Part shown: one piece after another, positions 8,936-21,434 of the stretch
Position numbering within the stretch: the first letter of the stretch is position 1
How the letters are laid out: the number at the start of each line of letters is the position of its first letter
NCBI GenBank assembly: GCA_009859145.1
Contig: VRVR01000034.1
Location: 69,425-114,275 of the forward strand
Source of the DNA: Andalucia godoyi And28
Taxonomy: Eukaryota > Protista > Jakobida
DNA length: 44,851 nucleotides
Direction of reading: 5' to 3'
The notes under the pieces: model-generated
The model's database searches: none
What the model saw: only the letters and a program-made list of their open reading frames with translations
Told to the model about the DNA's origin: nothing
Program-made: the position numbers and the translations under genes

Positions 8936-11900
8936 ATGAGTGACCGGCAGGACAAGATTGCGGCAGGACGCGCAAAAGTATGATTTCTTCCCTTCTTTTT
9001 TTTCCTCCCCTTCTGTTTACGATGTTGCATGCATCTGTCCCGCCTGCATCCTATGAAAAAGATGAAGTCTCACAGATTTTCTTCCCGCCTTTCGTTCTGT
9101 CTGGTTCCCCTCACCTTTTTTTCCAACCTCTTTTTTTTTCCTGGTTGAATTGATGCGCGTAGTGGAATGAAGAAAAGGCACGCCGAAAGAATGAAGCAGA
9201 TCGAGCTTCGTTGGAATCTACAAGTTCCAAAACTTCGAACGATCGACTCTCTTCTGAATCAAGGGACGCACTGCTGCTACAACCACCACCGCCGTCGTCA
9301 TCCACCACTACCTCTTCCTCTTCCACAGGTATCACAGCCACTTCCCAGACCTCGGCACCATCTTATGCGTCCAAATCGGGGGAAATCGAAAAGATCACGC
9401 AAGCTTTGGGAATTGGACCGTCGCATCCGGTATGTCTTGATACAATTCTGACGACTTTTCTTTTTGATTTCTGTTTTTAATAATCCTTTATACGCCGTTT
9501 CTGCAGTAGTACTCACTTGCCCCCTTTCCCTTTTTTTCCCCCAATTCCGTAATTACGGTGCCAGCTGTTCGAAACGATCCAACACATTGTCCAGAACGTT
9601 GATGTGGATGTATCTTCTATGTTGGCAGGCAAGCAGCTGCCCACAGAAGGCTCTCCCAAGGAACTGTACGTGTCGCTGCTCAAGGATGCGTATATTGATA
9701 TTGCAAATCTGAAATCGCGCATTGTCCAACTGAAAGATGAGGAATTGGATCTTGCGCAGTCCGAGTGGATTGAAGAATCTCGACGACTGTCGATGTTGAT
9801 GCGAGAGACGCTTGACAAGGATGTGACGATCGAAGAATTACGCATGAAGCTTACCGCGTCGCTCGATGACGGTGAGCGGCTACGCAAGCGCATTGGCCAA
9901 ATGGAAAATCGGTTGAAAGAATTGACTCCTTTCGAAGCCAAGTCAAAATCCCTTTCGGACCTCGTGTCGAATCTCGAAAAGAAAAATGAGGCGCTGAGCA
10001 AAGACATCATGTCTCTGCATGTCACTGTCGAGAAGTTGACAGAAGAAAAGAAGGAAACGGAAAGATTCTTCAGGGGCGAATCGCAGAAGCAGCAGGATAT
10101 CGCCCTTGCGCTGAAGCAGGAGTGTACGGCTTTGCGGGAGGAAAAGGAAAAATTGCAAGGCGAACAGCACATTCTTTTGGAGGACTTGTCTCGTGCAGAG
10201 AAGGACAAAAGTCGGATCGCGCAGGACAAGGAACGGGCAAAAGCGGAACTTGAGGAGTTGATTGCGGCTTTGCGACAGGAAAAGGCGTTGTTGATTGAAC
10301 AGTTCACGGCAGACAAGCACCATTTGAAAAATGACGTGGACTCTGTGAATTCTGAAAACGAGGTTTTGAAGCACCAGGCAGATTCTGTCAAGAACCAACT
10401 GCGAGAAGCCTTGACTGCTCTCAACCAGAAAAACGCGGAGATCAAAGTTCTACAAGCGAACATGTCGAATTTCTCTCAAGAGCGCGTAGATCAGCTGGAT
10501 CTGTTGAAAAAGAAGCTGCAAGCTGCGATAGACGAAAGAGATGCGGTGTTACAGGATGCGGCAGCAGTGTCACAGCAGTGTCAAACTCTTACTGTGCAAG
10601 TTCATCACGCCGATGCGGAGAAAATAGCGCTTTTGGCATCCGTTGATGAATTGCAGAGTCTGCGCTCCAACGTCCAAAGCCTTCAGGATGCCGTGGCATC
10701 TGCAACAATGCAGCTGCAAGACGCCCAGAAAGAACGGGAATCTCTGTCATCGGAAGTTCATCGTCTGCGGGCAGAAGTCGAATCGGTCACGTTGGCATCT
10801 GTGGAGCTGCAATCGAAGCTGGACGCTGCCGTGCACGATCGCGAATCTGCACTCAGCGAACTGGCGCACATGAAAAAAGACCATCTTGCGTCTGTGAATG
10901 CAAAGGACTCGGAAATTTCTGATCTGCTCGCGCAAAATGCATCGCTGCTGTCATCCGGTCAAAACAGTCTTGTTTCGGTGAGCGAGATGCTGCAATCGGT
11001 AACTGCAGAGCGAGATGGTCTTTTGGAAACCAGCCACCAGCTTTCGGCAACGATCAGCGAGTTGAAGCAACAGCTGACCGAGCTGTCCTCTTCGCACGAG
11101 TCCAACTTGCAGCAGTGGAGGAGTCGCGAAGCAACAGCAGCGGAGCGTCTTGCTGTGGCCATACAGTCGTTGCAGAATGCTGAATTGCTCTCAGCGTCAT
11201 TGAAGAGTGAGCGAGATCAGGCACTGCATACACTCGCAGAGGAGCGCACTTCATTTGCTACTCAGATGGAACAGCAAAGTGTTGATGTGAAGAATGCCTT
11301 GTCGAACGCTTCTCAGCTCTCAGCAGAAAAACAGACACTGATCCAGCAGGTTGGTGTCCTGCAAGGAATCATTAACACCTTTGAGATATCCAAGGATTCT
11401 ACAGTGACGAACTTGTCTAGAGAACGAGACGAAGTCGTGGAGCGCATCAAAGAACTGCACAAGGACCTGGAACTGGTGACACAGGATCGAGATGCTCATC
11501 ACCACCGATTCTCAGAAGCACTTGTTGAATTGGAAGCAATGCGCGACGACCTGTCGCAAAAAACAAAGGTTTTTGAGAGCGAACTTGCAGAACTGGCAGA
11601 TCTGAGGTCGACACTGTCTGATGAACGTGCCTCGCATTTTCGAATCGTCGAAGAATTCGAATCCAAGATTGAGTCTCTGAAGCGAGAGAATGAGACGTTG
11701 ACCGAGACACTGGAGAGTGCTGAAGAGGAGCATCGGGAATTGCAGGAGGTTGTGGAAGTTGTGCGCGAGACTCAGGAGAATCTTGCTGTGCAGAATACCG
11801 AGAATTTCAATTTGAGACAGAGTCTGTCGCGCTTGCAGGACGAACTCTCTGCGCTTCGACCCCTTGTACATTCGAAAGATCAACAATTGTCAACCGCTCT

Positions 11901-14900
11901 TACTCGATGCGAATCGTTGGAATCGCAGCTCAAGATGTTGGAATCAGAAACGGAGAGTGGCCATGTTCGTTTGGTGCAAGATCTTGCTGCCGCAACAGAG
12001 GAAAAGTCGAAGTTGCAGCTGGAGGGATCCCAACTTTCCAAAACCGTCCAAGAAAGCTGTGCGCTCGTTTGCGAGAGAATTCTTCACCCGCTGCGTGAAA
12101 TTTTGGATAGAACTGCTGCATCAGAATCCAGGGAACCGCTTTCTATTCAGGAAGCCATCATTGCTGCTGCTGTTCTTTGTGATGAACTATCCGTTGTGTT
12201 TACGTTTAACAAATCGCGTGCTGCCCAGTTGTGCGACGAAATCAGTGCCGTGCAAAACAATCTTTCTCAAACCCAGGCGCTCCTTGCAGACTCGGAAAGA
12301 GAGGTACAGAATCTTCACCACCAGTTGCAGCAGGCGTCCAGTGAGATGCAGAAGAGTTCGACGGCTCTCATGCAAGCACAGGAGCGTGAGTCGCTGGCGG
12401 CTGCCGAGTTGAAACTGCTTCAAGAAGGTGCAGTGCTGAACCAAGAACAGATCGCTGCCGTATCCGCAAGACTGGAGTTTCAGCAGCAGCGGCGCGTGGA
12501 GTTGGAGGCAGAACGCAATGCAGCAGACGAGGATCGTCGAGCGCTTTCTGCAGAAAATGAGCGCTTGAAACAAGAGTCTTCCAAACAGCATTCGGAATTC
12601 ACTTCCGTAACAGATGCGAATCTTGATTTGCGAGACAAGTTGCTTGCAGCTGAAATGGAAGGATCGTCGTGGAAACAGCGATTCGAAGAGATCGAAGGGC
12701 AGCGAAAGCAGGAAGCGGCAGCACTTGTCGAAGCGCGATCTTTGCTGTCGTTCCACGCAGACCAGAAAGAGGTTTTGGCGGTCGCACAGGAATGCATGCT
12801 GAAATCCTTACAGGACCAGTACCAATGCGCTCTTGTCGAAAAGGAGTTGCTGACATCCAGCTCTGACGAGTTGAGAGCGACTTTGGACGTCGAGAGAGCC
12901 GAGCGGATCCAACTGGCGCAGAATTTCACAGTCGTTCGCCAAGAATACATGCAGACGATGGAGAGATTGCAGGCGTTGGAATTGCGAAACTCGCAGCTGG
13001 AAGAAGAAATGTCGAGATTGAAATACGATTTGCTGAAGGCGAATGCGGATTTATCGTTCAGTTCACGAACACAGGCGGCAGTGGACTCCTTGACCGAACA
13101 ACTGTCCGTTACCAGCCGTGAAGCGCAAAGTCTTTTGGAGGAATTGCAGTTGCACAAGAATCGTCTGCAGAGTGCTGCGAGTGCTCTCGAATCATCACAA
13201 TTGGAGAATCAACGACTGTTGAAGTCGTTATCGGAAGTACAGGAATCAAGTTCTCTTGCAAGTGTTTCTCTTCACGAGGCCGTTTCGCAACGGGACCTGG
13301 CAATACAGAAAGAACAGTTGTGTGTTTTGCGAATTCTCGACCTGGAAAGAGAGCTTGCATCGAATCACGCCTCGATGGAATCAACTTCTAGTCTCCTGCG
13401 CGACTCTCAATCTCGAATTGCAGTGCTCATTTCACAAGTCAAGGAGCAGGAGGCGACAGGATCGCATGTTCGCGCTGAGGACGATGTGACCTCGACTTCC
13501 GATTCAACCATTGATACTCTGATGCACAATTTGGAGTCCCAAGAACAACGCGTACAGGAGCTTGAGGCTGACCTGGAGCGCAAGCAGGAGATCATTCTGC
13601 GGTTAGAAGAGGACCTCTCAGACCTTGCATCCCGTGTAAAGAATGGTCAGTCGCATGCTGCAGAAGTGGAGCGTCGGTTGGCAGAAAAGGACTCAGTGCT
13701 GGTGGACGTCCAAGCAGAACGTGAAGCACTGTTGCTCCGATTGGCAGCCATGCAAGAAACCGTGGACGCGCTGCAGCATGATATTGGCCAACGAAAGAAA
13801 GAGGACGAGGCCGCTGCCATTTCCGAAACCGTGGTTGTGCTGAAGGAAATGAACAATCAACTGGATGCGAAACTGTCGAAACTTGCTGGTGAGAAACAGG
13901 ATGTTGAACGGCATCTGAGATCTGCAGTCGAAACCATCAGGGAATTTGAGTCACACAATCGTTCGTTGGCAGAACAGTTGGAAGATGCGAGACAACAGCT
14001 TGCGGATGCGATTGCACAGAACATCCATATTGCGATGGAGTTAGCGGAGTCTCATGGAGAAGTGACTGGCTTTACCAGGATTGACACCTCCATGTCGACC
14101 AGTCCCATGGCAAGCGGGTATGTTGATATTGCTGTTGGTACTCCGAAGCCATTACTTGTTTCGAATGTTTCGCTTCAATCTACCAACGAACACATGGTCC
14201 TGATGTTGGAACGGAAGCTATCCGCCGCCATGGATCAAATACGAGAACGCGATTCGCACATTTTGATTTTGAAGGATCAGATTTCCGATTTGCGGGACCA
14301 GCAAGCCCACTTAATAGAAGACTCAGTCCACATTAGCCGCGAACTTGATGCGCAGCGGTCAGTCTTTGAACGATCTACATCTCCAATGGTATCCGCAGCT
14401 TCGGGCTTTCCCAGTGCTGCGAATGGGCGAGGTGAGTTGGTGGATGAGGATGCGGCACGTGAAATCGAAGGCAAGGAGTGCATCAACTTCCAGGAGGAAG
14501 AGCATGCGCTTGAATCCGCACTGCGCTCTCTTCAGCAGGCATACGCTTCGCTTCGAGAGGAAAACAGCCGCCTCGAATTGGTCAAAGTTGAGCAGACCGC
14601 CTGGATTTCCCAACTTGAAATGCGATTGCGCGAGTGTGCCAAGGAAATTTCCGAAAAGGAATCTCACCTATCCAACTTGCGGAGCTCTTATGAAGATACC
14701 ATCTCTCGTGTTGCTTCTTTGGAGGACGAATACCGCGCGTTCCGAAAATCCGGTTCTCAGGAAGAAGCCGAGTTGAAGCGACGACTTGCACTCTCGGAGG
14801 AGGAGATGAAATCCTTGCGAGGGACGCATGCAGCAACCGTGCGTGACCTGAATACGGCGAGAACCCAAATCGAATGCTATCGAGAAGAAATCGGACACGT

Positions 14901-16071
14901 GATGAAGGAACTGTCAGTTGCACTGGCGGAGCGCGATTCGCTGCGGTCCGAATATGAACATCGGGATCGAGAGAGGGAACAAAGGACGTTGCATGAGAAG
15001 CGGCAACTTGAAGAATCCAATCAGGTCCTGCGTCAAGAATGCGACACAGCGCGCAAGGTTGCTGCCGAACTTGAGAGCGAAATAAGGCATCTGGTGCGCG
15101 TCGGCCACACGCAGAGATCTGAAGATGCAAAGGATCAACAACTGGCCTACATCAAGGACATGAATCGTGCTTTAGTAGAGCAGAAGAATTTGATGCGTAA
15201 TTTGCTGTCACCGCGTCTGTATCGATTGCTGTATCAGCCAGGCAAAGGCTTTATGGTGGGTCTGGAAATGTCGGACTTGTCTGCATTCCCAGGAGGCCGG
15301 GGTCGTGCGTCGAAAGCATCACGTTTCTGGAAGCACGCGTTCACGATGGTGTTGTGCATTGTACGCCTCAGACGGCTGGCTGTTCTTCGACGCAGCCACC
15401 CCATCCCGTTTGTCATGCCACAGCAGCAGCCCATGCCCCAGCCCCATGCCCACGTGCCATTGCATAACAGGGAAGCAGAAATCGCTTCGTATGTGTCGTC
15501 ATTGAAGAAGCTGCTCAAGCAAAAGGATGAGGAGCTGACGATGTTGAAGACGCACCTCTCCACTTCAAATACAGCGGGTCTTGGTGTGCCCGCGCCGTCG
15601 TTCAATCCATCGGGAAGTTTCTCCGCAAGCAGCGGTCCTCTACGTGGCGGATCCGGTGTTCTGCCACTCGAAGCGTTACGCACAGAATATCGCGTGCTGG
15701 CCGAAAAGGCTCGCCAGCTGCGATCGGATCTCGAGTCGTCTCAGATGCGCGAGAATGCCGAAAAACGTGCGAGAATTCGAATCGAGCAGGAGCTCGAAGC
15801 AGCCTGTAAGCGGATCCGCGAAGAAGAAAGCAAATCTGCAGACTGGCGTCGAGAGTATGAACAGGCGCTGAAAAGGTTGGAGGAGGAACGCAGAGTAGGT
15901 GTGTACATGGCCTCGTCTGCTGGTCGCTCGTTTGGAGCGTCTGGAGTTGCGATGACGGGGATGGCTGCCGCCGCGGACCTGCGGCCAAGTGCTGTCTCTC
16001 CGGAACGCGAAAACCGTCACTTGTATTCGGGGGCAAGTGGGGTGGTCCGAAGCAACTATCGAAGATATTAA
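8936..16071 (+). CDS. Pericentrin/AKAP9-like giant coiled-coil protein with PACT domain (~2271 aa); exons 8936-8977, 9163-9429, 9565-16071
   Basis: Donors GTATGA 8978 and GTATGT 9430 with acceptors TAG 9162 and CAG 9564 join in frame. N-terminus MSDRQDKIAAGRAK resembles AKAP9/PCNT RQKKLEAGKAK. PACT-like motifs RALVEQKNLM and RFWKHAFTMVLCIVRLRRL at ~15140-15393; heptad-rich throughout. Confidence 0.75.
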
Positions 16072-16215
16072 TTTCGCCGTCCCCTTCCCCTTTCCATTTT
16101 TGCTGCCATGTTCCCCCTTCCTTTCCCCTTTCCGTTTTCTCTCTGTTGATTCATAATTTTTTATTTTTTTTTAATTAAATTAAATTAATTGATAAAATAC
16201 GTGATGTGTTCAATG

Positions 16216-19200
16216 TTATGCTTCTTTTCGCAGCCTTTTGGAGTTCGTCTCGAGGGCGTCGTCTGAATGCAATCGCTTGCGGCCCGATACACTACCTGTC
16301 TTTTCCTCAATGAGATTCGCCCATCTTTCCAGTTGTGTCTCAGAATCAGCCGCAGCAAGCTTGTTGGTCTTGAAAATTCCGGACACAGTCGCGACCTGGA
16401 TTCCATGCTTGAGCCATTCCTTCACCTTGTCGCAAAACCGAGTTTCCTCGTCCAACACACAAACCGGGAGCGCACCAAATACACGCAGAAAAATGGAATG
16501 AATGAGAGACCACTCGCGTTGAGCAGTTGACCATTCAAACTTCCCCCGGACCATAAGAAGTCTGCAGGAGGCATCCAAATACGCTCTACAGGATTCCATT
16601 GCGATGTCCGGGTGCACGCCATACTCATCAAGAGCGAATTTCCACAGCGGCGCTTGCAACGCTGCCCATCGATCCACCACAATTTTCAAATCTGATGCAT
16701 TCGAAAATGCGGCAAGGGCTCCATACACAAAAACAACCGTGCGCTGCGCACGTCGCATTGTCAGATGGTATCTAGAATCCGACCGCATGATGCAATAACG
16801 AGTGCTACCAACAAATGCCATGCGGCGATCCGGAAAACGCACGTCCAGCGAGCCCTTGTCGAAGAGCGCGGTGATCAGCACATCAGCACTCTTCAACAAC
16901 AGTGGATCTGAAATCAACGTCTGAAATATGTTGAGGGACAGCCGTGCCAAGCGGATCATCAATGGGAAAACGACATTCGAACCACGATCCATCAAGTCTC
17001 GAATGCAGGAACTCACATCGCGAAGCTGAGGTAACAAAACAGAAAGGTGCGAATTCTCCTCCTCCGCATCTTGAGTGGCCATCTGTACATCATTCTCATG
17101 GACAGAGAGTGGGTAATTTTCTACTTCCCAGGGGAAACGAACCCGCTCCAGCTGCTGAAAGTAGATATTACGGCTCCGCTTCGCGGAATCGATGCAGCGG
17201 CGGACTCTCTGAACCCAGCAGCCCCACTTGTCGAAAATGGGGGCGAAGCTTGTGCTTGACCGATACTTCTGATTGCCCAAAACTTTTGCAATCCAAGACA
17301 CAAGAGACGAGCAAACATCTAAGGAGGTTGGTTGAGAATCCAGAGCATCGAAGTAGGATGTCAAACAGGCATTCACATCATCTAAAATAATCTCGGAGCC
17401 TCTCGAACCAGACAACAAGAACGCACGCTTCCGGTAAAGCTTGGCGGAAAAGAAATACTTGAGCCAGTGTGGGATATCCGAACAGCGGCCGAGAACAAAC
17501 AGCATCTTGTTGATAAGAAAAAGAACAAACTCCTTTCGAGATTTCTTCTGAGAATATTCAAAATCAGCAAGAAACCCAAATGACAGACACTGCGGGACAG
17601 CGATATTCTTCATTTCTCGACAAGGAACGATCTTACCGTCCGAAGACACGTCTCCATAGACTCCGGCATACAGTCCGGTAACGGACCGGACACTGCGAAG
17701 AAATTCCCACAGAACGTCCACGAGCGACGCGCTACACGACTTCAAGGACAGCCAGTAACAAGCACGCTGGACAATCACGGTGCGAGTAAGATAGCAGGAA
17801 TTCAGAGACAGTTCGTGACCAGCATAAAGGAAAGAGTCCAGTCCAAGTTCATGAATGACCTCAATACGTGGATAGCATTGATATGCAAGCTGAGTATAGC
17901 CGTCGCGCAAAATCCCAACCAGCTCGTTCTCGTCATCAACATCGACCGACGATTCTCCGGAAAAACTCCTCCAAAAGATCATCAGCAGAGCCTTTTCTGC
18001 GTACTCGACAGCATTGACTCTCAGGAAAGCCTTGTCCGCTCCCTTTGAACCGCCAACAGAATGGTAAGTTGCAGTGGCTAATGCGTAGAAAAACTCAGGA
18101 TACGCCTGAACTGGGTCAGGTACTTGCAGTGAACAGAATTCGGACATGAAAAGTTCCCGTCTTCCAGAAAGAACCAGCGAAGTTTCTGAACTCGAGCCGA
18201 CATCCACGGGCGGGATTGCGAGATACAAGAGATGTCGGGAATCCGCGAGAAAGCGGTCAAATCCAAATCGTGAGTAAATGCTGGAAAGAGACTCCTGAAT
18301 GACATCGAGGTCATCGCACTCATCGATGAGAACCTGCAGGTTTACCAGGAAAATGTTCCGAATTCCCGGCGGAAAAGGAACAGAGAGGCCTCGTTCTTCT
18401 TTGGCTTCCGGAGCAGGAGTGGATCTTGGATACTTCTTCAGCCTGTGCATCGGTGGTTCATGGGAACGAGATCCTGCGGAACCAAAATCCGTCATGTCAA
18501 AGAGCGCCAAACACTCTAAAATCCAGTCTTCTCCGTAGGTGACATGCCCATATTCATTCTTTTCCATCCGATAGTAAGGCTCGAGCTCTTCAAGCAAATC
18601 CGACCACCAGCCTAAGCCCGGACTGGAAAATGAAACCCATTGAAATCGTTCTCTAAGCCAGCGCAAAAACGGCAGCTTCCTGCCTTGTTCCAAATTCAGA
18701 CACAGATATCGAGCGCAGCACGCTGCCAGCGACGGCGCTGGCGAAGAGACAAAAAAAACACACGCTTTGACGATTTCTCTCTCTCGAGCAACCACAGACG
18801 GAGAGCAACGGTCGGAGCTGACAGACAGACTTTTCTCAGTCAACAAGAGGTCCATAATAAAATAAACGCAGGAACCCCAGGGAGCGGTAGGGGGCATGGA
18901 TACCAGAGAAACAAGATGCAACAATGTTCGCAGCAGAGTATACGCCACCTGAAACAGCAGCTTCGCTCCTTCAAGAGGCAGCAACAGGTCGTCCACAAGA
19001 ACAAAGGCCTTGTTTTCACGTGCCACCATTCTCGACAAGACGACTTCACAAACACGGTCCACAAATGCAACAATATTACCACGGGAGAACCAGCTGAACT
19101 CCTCAATTTGCACTGGATTGACAAACGGCCACCGGCTGGAAGCGGTCTTGAGACGCTCCATCACCGACGGCTTCGGACTCTCGGGTGTTGCGGGTAAGAA

Positions 19201-20970
19201 TTTGGACCGAAGACGCTCGAACGCGGTTTCCTGCAATACGCAGCGCTCAGAAACAAGAGTCATGAAGTCATAGCAATCACATAAAGTGAGAGAATTCGTG
19301 TTTGAAATGAAGACAGAAAACTGAAGAGACGACAAGTGAGATTGCAAGAAGTCGCTATCAAGAACGCAGCCGAATACATGCCCAACACCCGCTTGCGTTC
19401 CAAAGCCACACATCTTCTGGGCTGCTTCATGCGACGGGTGGAGCACCCACTTGCACCAGCACGCAAGGAGCTCGCGAGGAACATTCTGCAATCCGTCTGT
19501 TGCCAGCGGATCCTCTTCAGGACGACTCGACGGCAAATCACGGAACAGGACATGCAAGTATTCTAGGAAATCCTTCTTGGAGATATCGCCAAGAAAACAT
19601 GACGAAGCACAAAACGCCGCAAACAGGATACGTATGAACAGCGGAGAACTCCAAGTGAATCGAGAGCTGTGAACGTGAAAGATGATCTTCCGAATTGATT
19701 GGCCAATAGTGAAGGGAATGCGGGAGGCCAGATGGCTTCGGAGGTAGGAGAATGCAACTTTGAGCACAAATTCTGCAAATCCCATGCTGCTCTGTCTTTG
19801 ATCCAGAACCGTCTCGATGAAGAGCTGACAATCCAGCCGAGACTGGTAGTCCGCGTGGGCTTCCATGTTTTTGAAAGGTACCAAGCCACTCTTCTGAACA
19901 GGCAGCGCATCGTCTGTTCTCGGGAGCCCAAACAGTTCCATCAAATACCTTTCCACCGGCCTGTCAGTAATCTTTGCGGCTGCGGATGATGCAGCACCGG
20001 AAGTTGGCTTTTCCACAGCCAGCGAGTCCTCGTCTCTTTCGCTTAGATTCATTTTCCATGTCGGAATTGACGGCTCAGGCGTCACGAGACTCCAATGTAC
20101 GGAGTCCAGCCCATGGGCTGGCAACGACGCCACAGCCTTCGCAAGTTCATTGAAAAGGCACTCAAAGGTGCCTTGCACAAGAGAAATTGCAATCCACTCT
20201 CGCGGCTGCTCTTCTTGAACTTTTTGTTCAGTCAACCCACTGAACATTCGAAGATCTTGAAGAGAACGACACACCAGAGCATCTTCCTCGCCGAAAAACG
20301 CACGATTTGTCAATTTGACAGAGGATGGGTGCAGTATTTGCTGAAGCACCTGCTGCTCATTGTCCAACAGTTTGAGGCGGGAATCCACAAGGACTCTGTA
20401 TGCTTGCGCATCCAAACCGAGGTTGAAGAAGATGTGAAACAGTTTCCGAAAACACCGGTCTCGAAGACCTTTCATAGCATACGACTGTGGAATAAGTTCG
20501 ACGTAGTTCTGCAGCACAATGATGTACGGTCTTGAAACGGGGCACACCGAAAGAAAATGCTGGCATATCCTCATTGACTCTGGGTACGCGTCAACCGCCT
20601 TGGCCGCGGACACGATGACTTCCACGAGGGACGATGGGAACGTAGACACACTTGCCTGGGGAATGTGAAAAACATCCTTTGAAGAATCCACGATGATCGA
20701 GGATGCATGCTCGCTGCGTCGTAGTTTTCGGAATAGCAATTTTGATAAATTATAGCAAGCATATCCATATAATTGAAGCATAGGTCTGCTCCACACGCTC
20801 TGTATCTGTTCCCAAAGTCGGCTGGCAAGAACGCTTCGAAGGAGGGATTCGGCACCCGTGTCGTCGCCTCGTAGCATGCACTTTAGCGCAGCATTGTACT
20901 TGTCCAAAAGCTCAGCCAACGATGGATCTCGAGAGAGATTCGCCGGTGGAACCAGCGAAAACCGAAACAT
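16216..20970 (-). CDS. CABIN1: Cabin1/Hir3-like TPR/alpha-solenoid protein (~1584 aa), HIRA complex subunit candidate
   Basis: ATG at 20970. N-terminal KYNAAL...AESLLRSVL...MLQLYGYACYNLSKL parallels Cabin1 LYHKAL...LILKYSTYKNLAQL; HWLKYFFSAKLYRK resembles the Cabin1/Hir3 WxxHYMLGK motif. Strongly diverged. Confidence 0.6.
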   Translation of the reverse strand: MFRFSLVPPANLSRDPSLAELLDKYNAALKCMLRGDDTGAESLLRSVLASRLWEQIQSVWSRPMLQLYGYACYNLSKLLFRKLRRSEHASSIIVDSSKDVFHIPQASVSTFPSSLVEVIVSAAKAVDAYPESMRICQHFLSVCPVSRPYIIVLQNYVELIPQSYAMKGLRDRCFRKLFHIFFNLGLDAQAYRVLVDSRLKLLDNEQQVLQQILHPSSVKLTNRAFFGEEDALVCRSLQDLRMFSGLTEQKVQEEQPREWIAISLVQGTFECLFNELAKAVASLPAHGLDSVHWSLVTPEPSIPTWKMNLSERDEDSLAVEKPTSGAASSAAAKITDRPVERYLMELFGLPRTDDALPVQKSGLVPFKNMEAHADYQSRLDCQLFIETVLDQRQSSMGFAEFVLKVAFSYLRSHLASRIPFTIGQSIRKIIFHVHSSRFTWSSPLFIRILFAAFCASSCFLGDISKKDFLEYLHVLFRDLPSSRPEEDPLATDGLQNVPRELLACWCKWVLHPSHEAAQKMCGFGTQAGVGHVFGCVLDSDFLQSHLSSLQFSVFISNTNSLTLCDCYDFMTLVSERCVLQETAFERLRSKFLPATPESPKPSVMERLKTASSRWPFVNPVQIEEFSWFSRGNIVAFVDRVCEVVLSRMVARENKAFVLVDDLLLPLEGAKLLFQVAYTLLRTLLHLVSLVSMPPTAPWGSCVYFIMDLLLTEKSLSVSSDRCSPSVVAREREIVKACVFFVSSPAPSLAACCARYLCLNLEQGRKLPFLRWLRERFQWVSFSSPGLGWWSDLLEELEPYYRMEKNEYGHVTYGEDWILECLALFDMTDFGSAGSRSHEPPMHRLKKYPRSTPAPEAKEERGLSVPFPPGIRNIFLVNLQVLIDECDDLDVIQESLSSIYSRFGFDRFLADSRHLLYLAIPPVDVGSSSETSLVLSGRRELFMSEFCSLQVPDPVQAYPEFFYALATATYHSVGGSKGADKAFLRVNAVEYAEKALLMIFWRSFSGESSVDVDDENELVGILRDGYTQLAYQCYPRIEVIHELGLDSFLYAGHELSLNSCYLTRTVIVQRACYWLSLKSCSASLVDVLWEFLRSVRSVTGLYAGVYGDVSSDGKIVPCREMKNIAVPQCLSFGFLADFEYSQKKSRKEFVLFLINKMLFVLGRCSDIPHWLKYFFSAKLYRKRAFLLSGSRGSEIILDDVNACLTSYFDALDSQPTSLDVCSSLVSWIAKVLGNQKYRSSTSFAPIFDKWGCWVQRVRRCIDSAKRSRNIYFQQLERVRFPWEVENYPLSVHENDVQMATQDAEEENSHLSVLLPQLRDVSSCIRDLMDRGSNVVFPLMIRLARLSLNIFQTLISDPLLLKSADVLITALFDKGSLDVRFPDRRMAFVGSTRYCIMRSDSRYHLTMRRAQRTVVFVYGALAAFSNASDLKIVVDRWAALQAPLWKFALDEYGVHPDIAMESCRAYLDASCRLLMVRGKFEWSTAQREWSLIHSIFLRVFGALPVCVLDEETRFCDKVKEWLKHGIQVATVSGIFKTNKLAAADSETQLERWANLIEEKTGSVSGRKRLHSDDALETNSKRLRKEA

Positions 20971-21285
20971 CTTGAAAAGTAGGTTAAATAACAAATTTGA
21001 ATTATAAATGAAAAAAGACGCACATCCCGACTCTGGAACTCTTATCTCTACAGCTTCGGATCGCTGAGAAAGAAGAAGAAGGGGAGAAATAGCCAAACAC
21101 GAAGCAAATGGGTTTTCGGCGGGATCGCGACTGATTTTTTCTTTTGCATTTGTTTTCTTTTTATTTTAATATTTTTTGCGAGGGGGGCGTTCTCATTTTT
21201 CGTTTCCTATCTTTTCATTCCCGATTCGAACTTTTTGGTGGACTGTTGACTCGTGATATTTTACGATTTATTTAAAGAAAGAGAG

Positions 21286-21393
<108 letters not shown>

Positions 21394-21434
21394 ATTTCCG
21401 AACTTCTGGACGTCTGACGTGTTTTTGTGACATT

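Noticed and set aside
9513-10463. 316-aa minus-strand ORF and the many other nested or antisense ORFs in the track
   Set aside because: These are antisense shadows of long coding frames (Ser/Phe/Cys-rich complement of Glu/Lys codons).
21221-21232. Minus-strand GTTCGAATC B-box as a tRNA gene
   Set aside because: No A-box, cloverleaf or acceptor stem in the flanks.
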